This document shows positions 19,695-30,394 of a DNA stretch of 64,000 nucleotides, one piece after another. Source of the DNA: an uncultured Bacilli bacterium. GTDB taxonomy: Bacteria > Bacillota_I > Bacilli_A > RF39 > UBA660. The stretch lies in assembly GCA_934090685.1 (NCBI GenBank), contig CAKOJN010000004.1, forward strand, positions 18,243-82,242. The letters run 5' to 3'. How positions within the stretch are numbered: the stretch's first letter is position 1; each line of letters opens with the position of its first letter. A model generated the notes under the pieces. The model was not told the DNA's origin, searched no databases, and saw only the letters and a program-made list of their open reading frames with translations. Made by a program: the position numbers and the translations under genes.

Positions 19695-20872
19695 TTAATA
19701 ACTACTCTTTCTAAATCCTTTTTATTTCCAATAATTTTAACAGTGTATCTTGAAAGTTCATCAGAATCATATACTTTATTATCCCTTAAATTTTCAATAT
19801 AAACACTTAATTTATCTCTATAATCTTGTTTTAATGATATGTAAACATTATGATTTCCCTTTTTATTATAAAAATTGTAATAACATTCATAATATCTAAC
19901 TTCAATACCTATTTTACCATTCATGCTTTCAGAATATTCATACTCATATTTAGTATTATAATTACCATTGAAATATATATAGAATTTCTTTGATTCATTT
20001 TGAGGCAAATTATATTCTTCATATTTCCTAGTAAAATTATACTTCTCACTTACATCTTTTATGGTTTTAATTTTACTAACTTTGTAACCAGTTAATGCAA
20101 TTCCAAGAGCAAATATAAATATGATAATAATTAATGATATAAACCAAAATAATTTATTAATTTTCTTTTTAAATAATGTTTTATTAACTAATAGAAGTGC
20201 CCACAAAGTTAATAACATAACTGCGAATAATATAATGTTAATTCCATATATTTTAACACCATCCATTACAGCAAATAATCCAGCAATGAATGCTATGCAT
20301 GCCCATAACCATAAGAATAATAATACAAGCATCACTACTACTTTTAATGTTTTAAAGATAATTCTATGTTTTCTTTCGCTCTTAGATTCAAATATTTTTT
20401 TAGTAGTTGGTATAGAAGAAACTTCTGTGATTTCATTTTTAAAATTCTGTTTTATTTCATTTGAAGCAATCTTTATATCTTCTGTTATTTTTTTAGTTTC
20501 TTTTTTTATTTTCTCTATATTTTTCTTGGATTTATTTTTACGAGTAAATTTTGCATTAAATCTTTCTTCAAAATCATTTACCTTATTTTCAAACTTTTTG
20601 ATTTTACTTTCTTTCTTACTTTTTTTATTCTTATTAGTAAAAATATGTTTTATTTTATATGATAAATCATGACAATTATTAATTTCAATTTCCTTTAAGA
20701 CAATCTCATCAATATTACCAAAAGATTTAATAATCTCAGTTATTTTTTTACCATTCTTTTTTTCACTATCAATAATATTTCTATATTTTGATAAAATTAA
20801 ACTTTTCTTTTTTTGACTGATGTCTTCTAATTTATCATTTAATTCATTTAAAAACTTTTGATCTTTTTTCAT
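19691..20872 (-). CDS. DUF1700-like membrane protein
   Basis: N-terminal FLNELNDKL...KYRNIID...IIKSFGNIDEI resembles DUF1700. It is followed by a Lys-rich linker, 4 TM helices and a C-terminal extracellular domain. ATG 20872 follows AAGGTGA. Confidence 0.55.
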   Translation of the reverse strand: MKKDQKFLNELNDKLEDISQKKKSLILSKYRNIIDSEKKNGKKITEIIKSFGNIDEIVLKEIEINNCHDLSYKIKHIFTNKNKKSKKESKIKKFENKVNDFEERFNAKFTRKNKSKKNIEKIKKETKKITEDIKIASNEIKQNFKNEITEVSSIPTTKKIFESKSERKHRIIFKTLKVVVMLVLLFLWLWACIAFIAGLFAVMDGVKIYGINIILFAVMLLTLWALLLVNKTLFKKKINKLFWFISLIIIIFIFALGIALTGYKVSKIKTIKDVSEKYNFTRKYEEYNLPQNESKKFYIYFNGNYNTKYEYEYSESMNGKIGIEVRYYECYYNFYNKKGNHNVYISLKQDYRDKLSVYIENLRDNKVYDSDELSRYTVKIIGNKKDLERVVIN

Positions 20873-20921
20873 TGCATTCACCTTTATTTAAAATATATGA
20901 TATTCTATTATCCATTATTTG

Positions 20922-21524
20922 TCAATTAAATATTTTTTTAATCTCTTTTCTAATAGTTTTTTTAACTGATTTAATAATCTCATCTATTAAATCATTTATA
21001 AAGTCTGTAATTAATTCAGATATACTTTTTTCCTTTGCTTCCTTATTGTTTAAAGTTTGATCACTCCATACTCCTATCTTTTTTTCTTTAATATTTTTTT
21101 CTACATTTTTAAGCTCATTTGTATATAAATAGTCACCATAAATATATGCAACTTTTGCATATCCATGTTCAATTAATTCTTTTTGTAATAAAGAACCATC
21201 AACATAAATCCATCCTAATGTTCTTTTATACTTATCTAGTTTATCACTTCCAGGATCATATTCTATTTCAAGTTTTTTAGCATTTTTAACTCTATTACAT
21301 GTATAATTACTTGCTTCTTTTCCATAAGGTTCTGCTTTTTTCTTAGGATGAACTGTTTCTGGAGTATCAACTGCAAGAAATCTAATAGTTGAAACTTCAC
21401 CATCTATTTTCGCTTTAATGGTGTCTCCATCTACACATGAATCAAACTCTATTTCTTTTCTTTCTGCATTAACAGTTAATGGAAAAATAATTAAAATAAA
21501 AAATATTATTACTACTCTTTTCAT
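20922..21524 (-). CDS. secreted thermonuclease (SNase family)
   Basis: Signal peptide; DGDTIKA...IRFLAVDTPE...YGKEAS...R..GWIYVDG are SNase catalytic blocks. Confidence 0.85.
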   Translation of the reverse strand: MKRVVIIFFILIIFPLTVNAERKEIEFDSCVDGDTIKAKIDGEVSTIRFLAVDTPETVHPKKKAEPYGKEASNYTCNRVKNAKKLEIEYDPGSDKLDKYKRTLGWIYVDGSLLQKELIEHGYAKVAYIYGDYLYTNELKNVEKNIKEKKIGVWSDQTLNNKEAKEKSISELITDFINDLIDEIIKSVKKTIRKEIKKIFN

Positions 21525-21563
21525 AATAATATTTTATCACATTAATAATAGTTTTTAAATAGT

Positions 21564-21872
21564 TTAACTTAGTTCTGACAGTTTATTACTGTATTTTGTA
21601 TATGACTTTTCAATATTTTTTTCATCCTCTTGAGTTATTGAATACCATCCTTTAGAAAACATTAAATTATATATATCCCTAGCTATATCTTTTGTATCTT
21701 CAAATATACTCATTACTTCTTTATATAAGTATTTATTACTCATTTCGTTAATCGCAACGCTATAACTATTAGATATATTTTTTTCACAAAGCATAATATC
21801 ATTTAAAATATCTTCATCATTCATACACTCATCTTTAGGAACTTGTTCACATTCATTTTTAATTGTTTTCAT
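21564..21872 (-). CDS. spore coat protein, CotF family
   Basis: The DILNDIMLCEKNISNSYSVAINE....GWY pattern matches the Coat_F domain. Confidence 0.7.
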   Translation of the reverse strand: MKTIKNECEQVPKDECMNDEDILNDIMLCEKNISNSYSVAINEMSNKYLYKEVMSIFEDTKDIARDIYNLMFSKGWYSITQEDEKNIEKSYTKYSNKLSELS

Positions 21873-21884
21873 AATTTATTCTCC

Positions 21885-22082
21885 TTATTGCAATATATTT
21901 AATAAATTTCTATAATGTTTAGAATGCATTTTTTTAACTTTTATTAAAATGTTTTTAACTTCTTCGTCATCAACGCATTCTAAAAATGAATATACCTTCT
22001 TATTCATAATGAAATTCCAATTTAACATATCTTCTATATATAATAAATCTTTGACTGATATTATATTAGGTGTTTCTTTCAT
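21885..22082 (-). CDS. small protein co-transcribed with the cotF-like gene
   Basis: AGGAGG RBS; 12 nt upstream of the cotF-like gene; no family recognised. Confidence 0.5.
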   Translation of the reverse strand: MKETPNIISVKDLLYIEDMLNWNFIMNKKVYSFLECVDDEEVKNILIKVKKMHSKHYRNLLNILQ

Positions 22083-22150
22083 ATTTTTACCTCCTAGTTA
22101 TATTATTTACAAATATGTATATAATAATAGTGTAAAAAAATTCCAAAATT

Positions 22151-22177
22151 TTAGCACTTACTATTGACAAGTGCTAA
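22151..22177 (+). promoter_or_regulatory. CIRCE-like inverted repeat (HrcA operator) overlapping the hsp20 promoter
   Basis: TTAGCACTT-N9-AAGTGCTAA versus the CIRCE consensus TTAGCACTC-N9-GAGTGCTAA. A TTGACA hexamer lies in the 9-nt spacer region. Confidence 0.7.
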
Positions 22178-22215
22178 TTATTGAGTATAATTATAATTGT
22201 AAGGAGATGATAATA

Positions 22216-22614
22216 ATGAGTTTATTACCAGGAAAATTTTATTTAGATGATTTCTTTGATGATTTTGCATTACCTAAAATGCCAAAAATGGAGTTAATGA
22301 AAACTGATGTCTATGAGAAAGGTGGTAACATTCATATTGAAATGGATGTCCCAGGATTTGATAAAAATGACATTAAAATTGATGTAGAAGATGGTATTCT
22401 TACTATTGAAGCAGAAAAATCTGAATCAAAAGAAGATAAAGAAGGTAAAAATTATTATAGAAGAGAAAGATCTTATGGTTCATTTAAGAGACAATTCAAT
22501 GTTGGAAGCGTTAAAGAAAATGAAATCAATGCTAAATTCCACAATGGTGTATTAAAAATCTCTTTCCCAAAAGAAGAAAAGAAAGAAACAAAGAAATTTA
22601 TCGAAATAAAATAA
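22216..22614 (+). CDS. Hsp20/alpha-crystallin family small heat-shock protein
   Basis: Alpha-crystallin domain (DVYEKGGNIHIEMDVPGFDKNDIKIDVEDGILTI...GVLKISFPK). ATG 22216 follows AAGGAG. Confidence 0.9.
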   Translation: MSLLPGKFYLDDFFDDFALPKMPKMELMKTDVYEKGGNIHIEMDVPGFDKNDIKIDVEDGILTIEAEKSESKEDKEGKNYYRRERSYGSFKRQFNVGSVKENEINAKFHNGVLKISFPKEEKKETKKFIEIK

Positions 22615-22650
22615 ATAAAATTAAAAAAGGTTCACATCAATGTGAATCTT

Positions 22651-23757
22651 TTATTTTGTAACATTAAATCTAAATAAACAAATATCTCCATCTTGCATAA
22701 CATAATCTTTACCTTCAAGTCTAGCACGACCTGCTTCTTTTACCTTAAGTTCACTTCCATATTGAACCAAGTCATCATAACTCATTACTTCTGCTTTAAT
22801 AAATCCCTTTTGAAAATCTGTATGTATAAGTCCAGCACATTCAGGAGCAGTCATACCGTCCTTAAATGTCCATGCCCTTACCTCGTCACTTCCAACTGTA
22901 AAGAATGTTTTAAGTCCAAGCAAATGATAAGTATTATGAATAAGTGAATCTAAACCACTATTTTGAATTCCTAAATCCTTTAAAAATTCTCTTTTAGATT
23001 CTTCGTCTAGTTCAGATAATTCACTTTCTATTTTAGCACACATCAATACTACACTTGATTTTTCTTTGGAAGCATATTCTCTTACTTTATTAACATAAGT
23101 ATTATCATTAGTTAATAAATCCTCTTCGGATACATTTGCTAAATATATAAATGGCTTATTAGTTATCAAATTATACGTTTTTATTAATTTGGATTCCTTT
23201 TCATCAAATTCTTCAAGTCTAAGCATTTTCCCTTCACTTAAAATATCTTTAAGTTTTTTTAATAATGAAACCTCATATAAACCTTCTTTGTCATTAGATG
23301 TAGTTGCCTTCTTTTCAATCTTAGAAAGTCTATTTTCTACTATTTCCAAATCACTTAGAATTAACTCATAATTAACAATTTCTATATCTCTTGTAGGATC
23401 AATTGTTCCTTCAACATGGATAATATCTTTATTTTCAAAACATCTAACTACTTGAACTATCGCATCAACTTCTCTAATATTAGCAAGAAATTTATTACCA
23501 AGCCCTTCACCAGTTGAAGCACCTTTAACAAGACCTGCGATATCAATGAACTCATATTGCGTTGCTATTAATCTCTCTGGCATATATATATCATTTAATA
23601 CTTCAAGTCTTTGATCTGGTACTGTTACAACTCCTACATTAGGATCAATTGTCGCAAATGGATAATTTGCTGCTAATATATTCTTTTTAGTTATTGCATT
23701 GAATAATGTACTCTTTCCTACATTAGGAAGACCTATAATACCTGCTTTAAGCGCCAT
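22651..23757 (-). CDS. ychF: redox-regulated ribosome-binding ATPase YchF
   Basis: [13 protein letters not shown], the NxxE-type G4 context and a TGS-like C-terminus; 368 aa. Confidence 0.93.
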   Translation of the reverse strand: MALKAGIIGLPNVGKSTLFNAITKKNILAANYPFATIDPNVGVVTVPDQRLEVLNDIYMPERLIATQYEFIDIAGLVKGASTGEGLGNKFLANIREVDAIVQVVRCFENKDIIHVEGTIDPTRDIEIVNYELILSDLEIVENRLSKIEKKATTSNDKEGLYEVSLLKKLKDILSEGKMLRLEEFDEKESKLIKTYNLITNKPFIYLANVSEEDLLTNDNTYVNKVREYASKEKSSVVLMCAKIESELSELDEESKREFLKDLGIQNSGLDSLIHNTYHLLGLKTFFTVGSDEVRAWTFKDGMTAPECAGLIHTDFQKGFIKAEVMSYDDLVQYGSELKVKEAGRARLEGKDYVMQDGDICLFRFNVTK

Positions 23758-25276
23758 AAACTACCCCCGGATAAGAACCAATTCCAATTGGTATTCCTAT
23801 TAAATAAAAACCTACTAGAACTATTGCCCATATTAATAACGAATACATACTATATGGAACAAGAGTTTTTATACTACCAAAAAGTGTTACCGCATCACCT
23901 TTATTATATTTTTCCATAAATGCTATGTATATTACAAAATACATAAATAGTGGTGTTAATCCATTAGTTATACTATCACCTGCTAAATATACAAGTTGTG
24001 AAAATTCAGGACTTATACTAGCATTCATAAATAATGGAACAACTGTTGCTGACAACATACTCCATTTTACAATAGAATTTGGGCAAAAAATATTTGCTAC
24101 ACATATAAGTATCAATGTTAGCAATATAAGTCCAATACCAGTAAACTTTAATCCACCTATTAATGATGAAATAAAACCAGTAATAACAAGACCTATATGA
24201 CTTTCTTCATATACATTAATAAATAACGAAGCAAAGAATATTAATACTATAATACCTCCTATGTCATCTAATGAATGTCCTAAACTATCAGTAACATCTT
24301 TATTATTTTTAATAGTTTTGGTCATATAACCATAACCAATACCTATTAAGAAAAATGCAAATGTTACTATAAATATAAACCCTTTAGCAAACAATGAATT
24401 ATTACCAAAAATCATATCAATATATCTTTCACCACTATGATCTAAAAATGCACCAGATAAAGGTAATCCAGGTATAATCATATATATTATTATTAATGTA
24501 TATAATATTCCAAGTCCTAAACCTATTATTAATCCTCTTAATTCTTTATTCGTTATAACAAGTTGTTCTTCATCTGACTCATATCTTGGTAATTTAGGCA
24601 TAATTCTTTTCTCAGTTATATATGTAAATATAATTGATGTCACTATTAACAATACTATCATTATAAATAATGCAAAAAATATGCCAACTTTATATTTTGG
24701 ATCAAGTGTTTTCGCTGCATTAATTGTCAACGTTAAAAGACCACTATCATTTGATGATAAAAATATATTAATACCATATCCAAAAGAAAGAGATGCAAAT
24801 GAAGCAATTATTCCTCCTAAAGGATTTCTTCTTCCATATTTAAATAACAACGCAGCAATCGGTAACATTATTGCAAAACCAGAGTTGCCCATTATTGAAA
24901 ATAATAAACATATAAATATTAATATAAATGTAACAGTATTCTTCTTAGAATTTCGTGTTAATACAGTAAAAAAGCTACGCATAAAACCCGTTTTTTCAAG
25001 TATACCAAGTCCTATCAATATAATTATCAATGTCGCTAATGGTTCAAAATTAACAAATCCATTTACAGCAGAAGTAACGATATGTTTGATACCACTAGTG
25101 CTAAATAAATTTTGAACTTCAACTACATTATTAACGGCCTCATTTGATACAGTATTAACGGTAGAATATTCTGCTTGTATGTTTAATAAATGCAAAAATC
25201 CACTTAATACTATAACTACAATTGTCATTATTATAAATGTCATAATTGGACTTAATTTTAATTTCTTTTTAAACAT
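23747..25276 (-). CDS. AbgT family (p-aminobenzoyl-glutamate/antimetabolite) transporter
   Basis: 509-aa polytopic protein with an AbgT-like N-terminus (LSPIMTFIIMTIVVIVLSG) and length; overlaps ychF by 11 nt. Confidence 0.7.
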   Translation of the reverse strand: MFKKKLKLSPIMTFIIMTIVVIVLSGFLHLLNIQAEYSTVNTVSNEAVNNVVEVQNLFSTSGIKHIVTSAVNGFVNFEPLATLIIILIGLGILEKTGFMRSFFTVLTRNSKKNTVTFILIFICLLFSIMGNSGFAIMLPIAALLFKYGRRNPLGGIIASFASLSFGYGINIFLSSNDSGLLTLTINAAKTLDPKYKVGIFFALFIMIVLLIVTSIIFTYITEKRIMPKLPRYESDEEQLVITNKELRGLIIGLGLGILYTLIIIYMIIPGLPLSGAFLDHSGERYIDMIFGNNSLFAKGFIFIVTFAFFLIGIGYGYMTKTIKNNKDVTDSLGHSLDDIGGIIVLIFFASLFINVYEESHIGLVITGFISSLIGGLKFTGIGLILLTLILICVANIFCPNSIVKWSMLSATVVPLFMNASISPEFSQLVYLAGDSITNGLTPLFMYFVIYIAFMEKYNKGDAVTLFGSIKTLVPYSMYSLLIWAIVLVGFYLIGIPIGIGSYPGVVYGA

Positions 25277-25461
25277 CAGTATTCCTCAACTTTCTTAAGT
25301 TTTTTGTCAAATTCTACTCTATCAATCATTATTGAACGACCACAAGCAATACATTTGATTTTTATGTCAACTCCAACTCTTGTAATAGTCCAGAGATTTG
25401 TACCACATGGATGTTGTTTTTTCATTATGACTTTACTACCTAATTTATATTTATTTTCCAT
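25276..25461 (-). CDS. DUF951 family protein
   Basis: 61 aa with HPCG...C.aCGR zinc-ribbon-like motifs, in the conserved position after spo0J. Confidence 0.75.
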   Translation of the reverse strand: MENKYKLGSKVIMKKQHPCGTNLWTITRVGVDIKIKCIACGRSIMIDRVEFDKKLKKVEEY

Positions 25462-25462
25462 A

Positions 25463-26344
25463 CTAATCTACTTTAATTTCGATATTTAATATATCTAAAA
25501 TTCTTTCTAAATCTTTTTCACTATTAAATGGAATAACTACTTTTCTATTTTTAATTTTAACTTTATTTCCTAATTTATCAGTCATAATATCTTCAACATA
25601 TTTATACTGATTTTCTTGTTTAATCTTAACTACTTTATTTTTTCTTTCAAAAATAGGATCAGATGCGATTCTTTCTAAATCATGAACTGACAAATGTTCA
25701 AATTTAATTCTTTCACATAATTGAAGCATTTTTTCTTTATCTTCTAATTTACTGAGTACTCTTGCATGTCCCATAGAAATATAACCATTTAATATGTCAT
25801 TTTTAATCTCTTGTGGAAGTCTTAAAATACCTAACATATTTGTTACGTGCGTTCTACTTTTACCTATCTTCTTAGCAAGTTCTTCTTGAGTAATATTTAA
25901 TGCTTTAATTATTCCAGCATATGCCTCTGCTTCTTCAATCGCAGTTAAATCTTCTCTTTGAATATTTTCCAAAAGAGCAATTTCCATCATTTCATTATCG
26001 CTAAACTCTTTAACAATCGCAGGTATTGTTTCTTTACCAATAAGTTCACATGCTTTAGTTCTTCTTTCACCAGCAACTATTTCATAACCCTTTATACTTT
26101 TAGTTACGATTATTGGTTCTAAAACACCATATTCCTTTATAGAATTTGCAAGTTCAGTAAGTTTTTCTTGATCAAATGTTCTTCTTGGTTGATATGGATT
26201 ACTTCTTAATTCACTTATATTAATTTCAACTATATTTTCTTTAGGAGTAGTCTCAATTATTTCTTCTATTGGATCAACATATAATGATTCATTACTAAAT
26301 AATTGCTCTAACCCTTTTCCTAATGCCTTTCTTTTATTTTCCAT
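25463..26344 (-). CDS. parB: chromosome partitioning protein ParB/Spo0J
   Basis: SNPYQPRR, the arginine-patch box GERR(TKA) and an HTH (TQEELAKKIGKSRTHVTN). ATG 26344 lies 10 nt after GAGGTGA. Confidence 0.92.
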   Translation of the reverse strand: MENKRKALGKGLEQLFSNESLYVDPIEEIIETTPKENIVEINISELRSNPYQPRRTFDQEKLTELANSIKEYGVLEPIIVTKSIKGYEIVAGERRTKACELIGKETIPAIVKEFSDNEMMEIALLENIQREDLTAIEEAEAYAGIIKALNITQEELAKKIGKSRTHVTNMLGILRLPQEIKNDILNGYISMGHARVLSKLEDKEKMLQLCERIKFEHLSVHDLERIASDPIFERKNKVVKIKQENQYKYVEDIMTDKLGNKVKIKNRKVVIPFNSEKDLERILDILNIEIKVD

Positions 26345-27119
26345 TTCTTTCAATCACCTCTTTTGCTAAATTTAAATAAGCAAGAGCACCTTTACTCTTT
26401 GGATCATACTCTATTATTGGTTTTCCATGTGATGGTGCTTCTACTAACTTAACTAATCTAGGTATTATTGTGCTAAATACTTTCTCATTAAAGAATTTTC
26501 TTACATCTTCAACAACTTCTAGACCTAATAATGTTCTTCCGTCAAGCATTGTTAACAATACTCCCTCAATATCTAAATTTGGATTTACTTTTTTCTGTAT
26601 ATTTAGAATTGTATGTAACAATTGATTAACTCCTTCTAGTGAATAATATTCACATTGAATTGGTATTAAAACAGAATCAGAAGCAGCAAGAGCATTAGTT
26701 GTTAAAATACCTAAGTTTGGTGGACAATCAATTATTATATAATCATATCTATCTTTTATAGTAGCAAGTTGTTTTTTTAATTGTTCAGTAATTATAAATT
26801 CTTTGTCTTGAACACTTATTTGAATAAGTTCAATGTCAACACCAGCAAGATCTATTAATGCAGGTATTATACTTAAATTTTTAAAAGGTGTTTTGATAAT
26901 TGTATCTTTAATATCACATTCACCCATTATTACATTATATATACTTTTTTTAATTTTAACTCTATCAATTCCAAGTCCAGTTGTACTGTTACTTTGTGGA
27001 TCCAAGTCGATTAGTAAAACCTTTTTCCCTAAATAACCAAGAGAACTAGATAAGTTTATACTAGTTGTTGTCTTTCCTACTCCACCTTTTTGATTTACTA
27101 ATGATATAATTTTTCCCAC
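26334..27119 (-). CDS. parA: chromosome partitioning ATPase ParA/Soj
   Basis: Deviant Walker A NQKGGVGKTT; GTG start after AGAGAGGTAA. Confidence 0.92.
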   Translation of the reverse strand: MGKIISLVNQKGGVGKTTTSINLSSSLGYLGKKVLLIDLDPQSNSTTGLGIDRVKIKKSIYNVIMGECDIKDTIIKTPFKNLSIIPALIDLAGVDIELIQISVQDKEFIITEQLKKQLATIKDRYDYIIIDCPPNLGILTTNALAASDSVLIPIQCEYYSLEGVNQLLHTILNIQKKVNPNLDIEGVLLTMLDGRTLLGLEVVEDVRKFFNEKVFSTIIPRLVKLVEAPSHGKPIIEYDPKSKGALAYLNLAKEVIERNGK

Positions 27120-27242
27120 GATAGTTACCTCTCTTATCTATTAAATATTTTAACATATATTACATTTTTTGAAAATATAAAAGTACAAATATTAAAAAAG
27201 AAAATAAAAAAACTATTAAATATGCATAGTTTCTTTACATTC

Positions 27243-28634
27243 TTATTTTAGTTTTTCAAGAATATCTCTAGCCGCTACTAAACCAGTCGCAGCAGCAGTT
27301 ACAATATTTCCTGCTTTACCAGCACCATCACCAATAAAATAAATATCATAATCTTTCAATTTAAATTTATTGTTAGTGTCAATTTCATTACTAAAAAATT
27401 TAATTTCAGGTCCATATAATAAGGTTTCATCATTATTAACACCAGGTATTATTTTATCTAGTTTTTCTAAACCTTCAAGTATATTTGTAATAATTCTATG
27501 AGGCAAGACAAGTGATAAATCTCCAGCAACACAATCTTTTAGGGTAGGTTCAATAAATCCTTTATTAATTCTTTTCCATTCACTTCTTCTACCTTTTTTT
27601 AAATCTCTAAGTGATTGAATAATTGGTTTTCCATCTCCTAAAGTATTTGCTATTCTTGCAATACTTTCACCATATAATCTAGTATTAGTAACAGGTTCTG
27701 TAAGACCTACTTTACTAATGAATGCAAAGTTAGAATTGTCTGATTTAATATCTTTTAATGAATGTCCGTTTACACAAATAAATCCATAATAATTTTCTTT
27801 TGCTACAAAACCGCCTGGATTAGTGCAAAATGTTCTTATTTCATCTGTATATGTATCAGTTTTAATAAATATAGTTGGATCATAAATAACATTAGTAATA
27901 TCTTCTAGTATTTCTTTTCTAACTTCAACACGAACACCAATTTCTATACTTTGACTTGTGTAAGGAATATTATATTTATCTGCAAGTTCTTGTACCCATT
28001 TAGCACCTGTTCTACCAGGCGCTATTATAACTTCCTTAGCAACAATACTTTCTTTATTTTCAATTACTATTTTGTGTTCATCTTCTTTTTTACTGATAAT
28101 ATCTGTTACATTAGATGTCTCATAAATATCTACACCTTTATTTTCTAAATAATCTGTAAAATCTTGAATGTAAGTTGGTAATTTATCACTACCAAGATGC
28201 TTTTGCTTTATTATTAATAATCTTGCTCCAGTTTTAGCAACTTCTTTTTTAATTTCATTTGCCTCATCCATATTTGACGGATATATGTCACTATCCATTT
28301 TAAATTTATTAAATATTTTTTCTGTATCATCTATTAATTTATTTGCTTCACTTTGACTCATATATTTAAATAAATCACTCTTACCAAGTTTTGGTATAAA
28401 ATTAAGTTTTCCATCAGAAAATGTTCCAGCACCACCATATCCAGATAATATTTGACAAGTTTTGCAATTAACACATTTTCCACCATTTACTTTCATTGGA
28501 CACATTCTAGATTCTGCTCTATGTCCTTTATCAATAATAGCAATTTTTATTTTTTTATTATTTTCAACTAATTCATACGCAGCGAATAACCCAGCAGGGC
28601 CTGCTCCTACTATAACAACATCATATTTTTTCAT
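27243..28634 (-). CDS. FAD-dependent oxidoreductase (COG2509-like)
   Basis: VVIVGAGPAGLFAAYEL dinucleotide fold; C-terminal GDGAGKAGNIVTAA. Confidence 0.75.
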   Translation of the reverse strand: MKKYDVVIVGAGPAGLFAAYELVENNKKIKIAIIDKGHRAESRMCPMKVNGGKCVNCKTCQILSGYGGAGTFSDGKLNFIPKLGKSDLFKYMSQSEANKLIDDTEKIFNKFKMDSDIYPSNMDEANEIKKEVAKTGARLLIIKQKHLGSDKLPTYIQDFTDYLENKGVDIYETSNVTDIISKKEDEHKIVIENKESIVAKEVIIAPGRTGAKWVQELADKYNIPYTSQSIEIGVRVEVRKEILEDITNVIYDPTIFIKTDTYTDEIRTFCTNPGGFVAKENYYGFICVNGHSLKDIKSDNSNFAFISKVGLTEPVTNTRLYGESIARIANTLGDGKPIIQSLRDLKKGRRSEWKRINKGFIEPTLKDCVAGDLSLVLPHRIITNILEGLEKLDKIIPGVNNDETLLYGPEIKFFSNEIDTNNKFKLKDYDIYFIGDGAGKAGNIVTAAATGLVAARDILEKLK

Positions 28635-28672
28635 ACTTGCTCCTTAAAAATCTTTTATTTTTACACACAGTT

Positions 28673-30394
28673 TTATTCTTTTATGTTTTCTTTTTCCAAT
28701 TTTTTATATGCAACTTTACCGACTAATGTCTTAGGTAATGATTCTCTAAACTCATATTCATACGGAAGAGAATACTTTGCTAAATTAACCTCACAATGAT
28801 TTTTGATTTTCTTTTCAATTTCCTTAGTAGGTTTAATTTCATCTTTTAATACTATATATGCTTTTGCAACTTGTACTCTTTTAGGATGAGGAATACCAAT
28901 AACGACGCTAGTTAACACATCAGGATATGTATTTAAAACATTTTCTATATATGTTGGATATAAATTGTATCCATTAGAAACAATCATTCTTTTAATTCTT
29001 TGTCTAAAAAATACAAAACCATCAGCATCCATATATCCTATGTCACCAGTATGTAACCATACTTTTTTATCATCATGTTCCCTTAATGTTTTCAAATTTT
29101 CATTTACATTATTAATATATCCCATCATTACGGTAGGTCCACTAATACATATTTCACCATCAGTACCATATGGAACTTCTTCATTAGTACCTATTGCCAC
29201 TATTTTATAATATGTATCAGGAAAAGGTACACCAATAGAATTATCTTTATACATACCATTTAAAGAAACACAAGTCGCTGCGGTTGACTCGGTTAATCCA
29301 TAACCTATCAAAACTTCTGCATCAGATCCATGTTCATGTAAACAATCATCAATAGCCCTTTTTAAATCTCCTGACATAAAGTCTCCACCTGATACTAGAC
29401 ATTTTATACTTGCAAGATCATGCTTTCCAATCTTAGTATTTTTGGCAAGTGATTCAAATAAAGATGGTACTCCACAAATTAAATTAGGTTGATATTTCTT
29501 AATATCACTTAAAAAGTTTTTAGGAGAAAAATCTGGTATTAAAATTATTTTCATACCGCAACATAAAGGTGTATGAATACAAACGCCTAATCCAAAACCA
29601 TGAAATATTGGTAAAATTGACAATATTGAAGTACCTTCATTCGCAAAATTTATCATCTTATGACATTGTAATGCAAGTGAATTTAAATTTAAATTTGATA
29701 AAAGTATTCCTTTAGGATCTCCACTAGTACCACCACTATATAATATAACTGCAGGATCATTCGGGCCTTTTAATGATGCATATTCTCCATCGTAATCATA
29801 TCCGTAATTTAAAAATTCTCTCCATGTCATTATATCATCAGTAAGTTCAATCTTTGGTATTTTACCATGTGACTTATATTTATATAATATTTTCTTAATA
29901 GGTTTTAAATTATCACCCACAGATCCAATAATTATTTTTTTAATTTTAGTGTTATCTATAATATTATGTACTTTATCATATACCATATCAAGTACAAACA
30001 ATAGTGTACTTTCAGATTCATTTAAATATATTTCAATTTCATTTTCAGCAGATAAAGGATGCACCATAGATGCAATCGCACCAACCATATTAGTCGCGTA
30101 AAACATAATAATTGCTTCAGGTGTATTTGGCATACAAATAGTTATTTTGTCGCCATCTTTTACTCCCTGTGCTCTTAAACACTTAGCAGTCTCTCTTATT
30201 TTTTCATATAATTCTCTATAAGTAACTGTTTTTCCATAATATTCATATGCTATATACTCAGGAAATCTAGACACTGCCTCTAATAGATAACCAACCATAG
30301 ATGTGTTGCTATAAGTTAAATTTGGTGTAACTCTATCTTTATTATAAAATTTTATCCATGGTCTTTCTTTATTATTTAATTTCGACTTTTTCAC
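28673..30394 (-). CDS. AMP-dependent acyl-CoA synthetase/ligase
   Basis: AMP-binding motifs YSGGTSGDPKG and GYGLTE, plus TGD...D..G; GTG start after GGAGGA. Confidence 0.88.
   Translation of the reverse strand: MKKSKLNNKERPWIKFYNKDRVTPNLTYSNTSMVGYLLEAVSRFPEYIAYEYYGKTVTYRELYEKIRETAKCLRAQGVKDGDKITICMPNTPEAIIMFYATNMVGAIASMVHPLSAENEIEIYLNESESTLLFVLDMVYDKVHNIIDNTKIKKIIIGSVGDNLKPIKKILYKYKSHGKIPKIELTDDIMTWREFLNYGYDYDGEYASLKGPNDPAVILYSGGTSGDPKGILLSNLNLNSLALQCHKMINFANEGTSILSILPIFHGFGLGVCIHTPLCCGMKIILIPDFSPKNFLSDIKKYQPNLICGVPSLFESLAKNTKIGKHDLASIKCLVSGGDFMSGDLKRAIDDCLHEHGSDAEVLIGYGLTESTAATCVSLNGMYKDNSIGVPFPDTYYKIVAIGTNEEVPYGTDGEICISGPTVMMGYINNVNENLKTLREHDDKKVWLHTGDIGYMDADGFVFFRQRIKRMIVSNGYNLYPTYIENVLNTYPDVLTSVVIGIPHPKRVQVAKAYIVLKDEIKPTKEIEKKIKNHCEVNLAKYSLPYEYEFRESLPKTLVGKVAYKKLEKENIKE

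Noticed and set aside
26334-27119. parA/parB considered as evidence that the contig is a plasmid.
   Set aside because: They are followed by DUF951 and ychF in the conserved chromosomal origin-proximal order and are surrounded by essential housekeeping genes.
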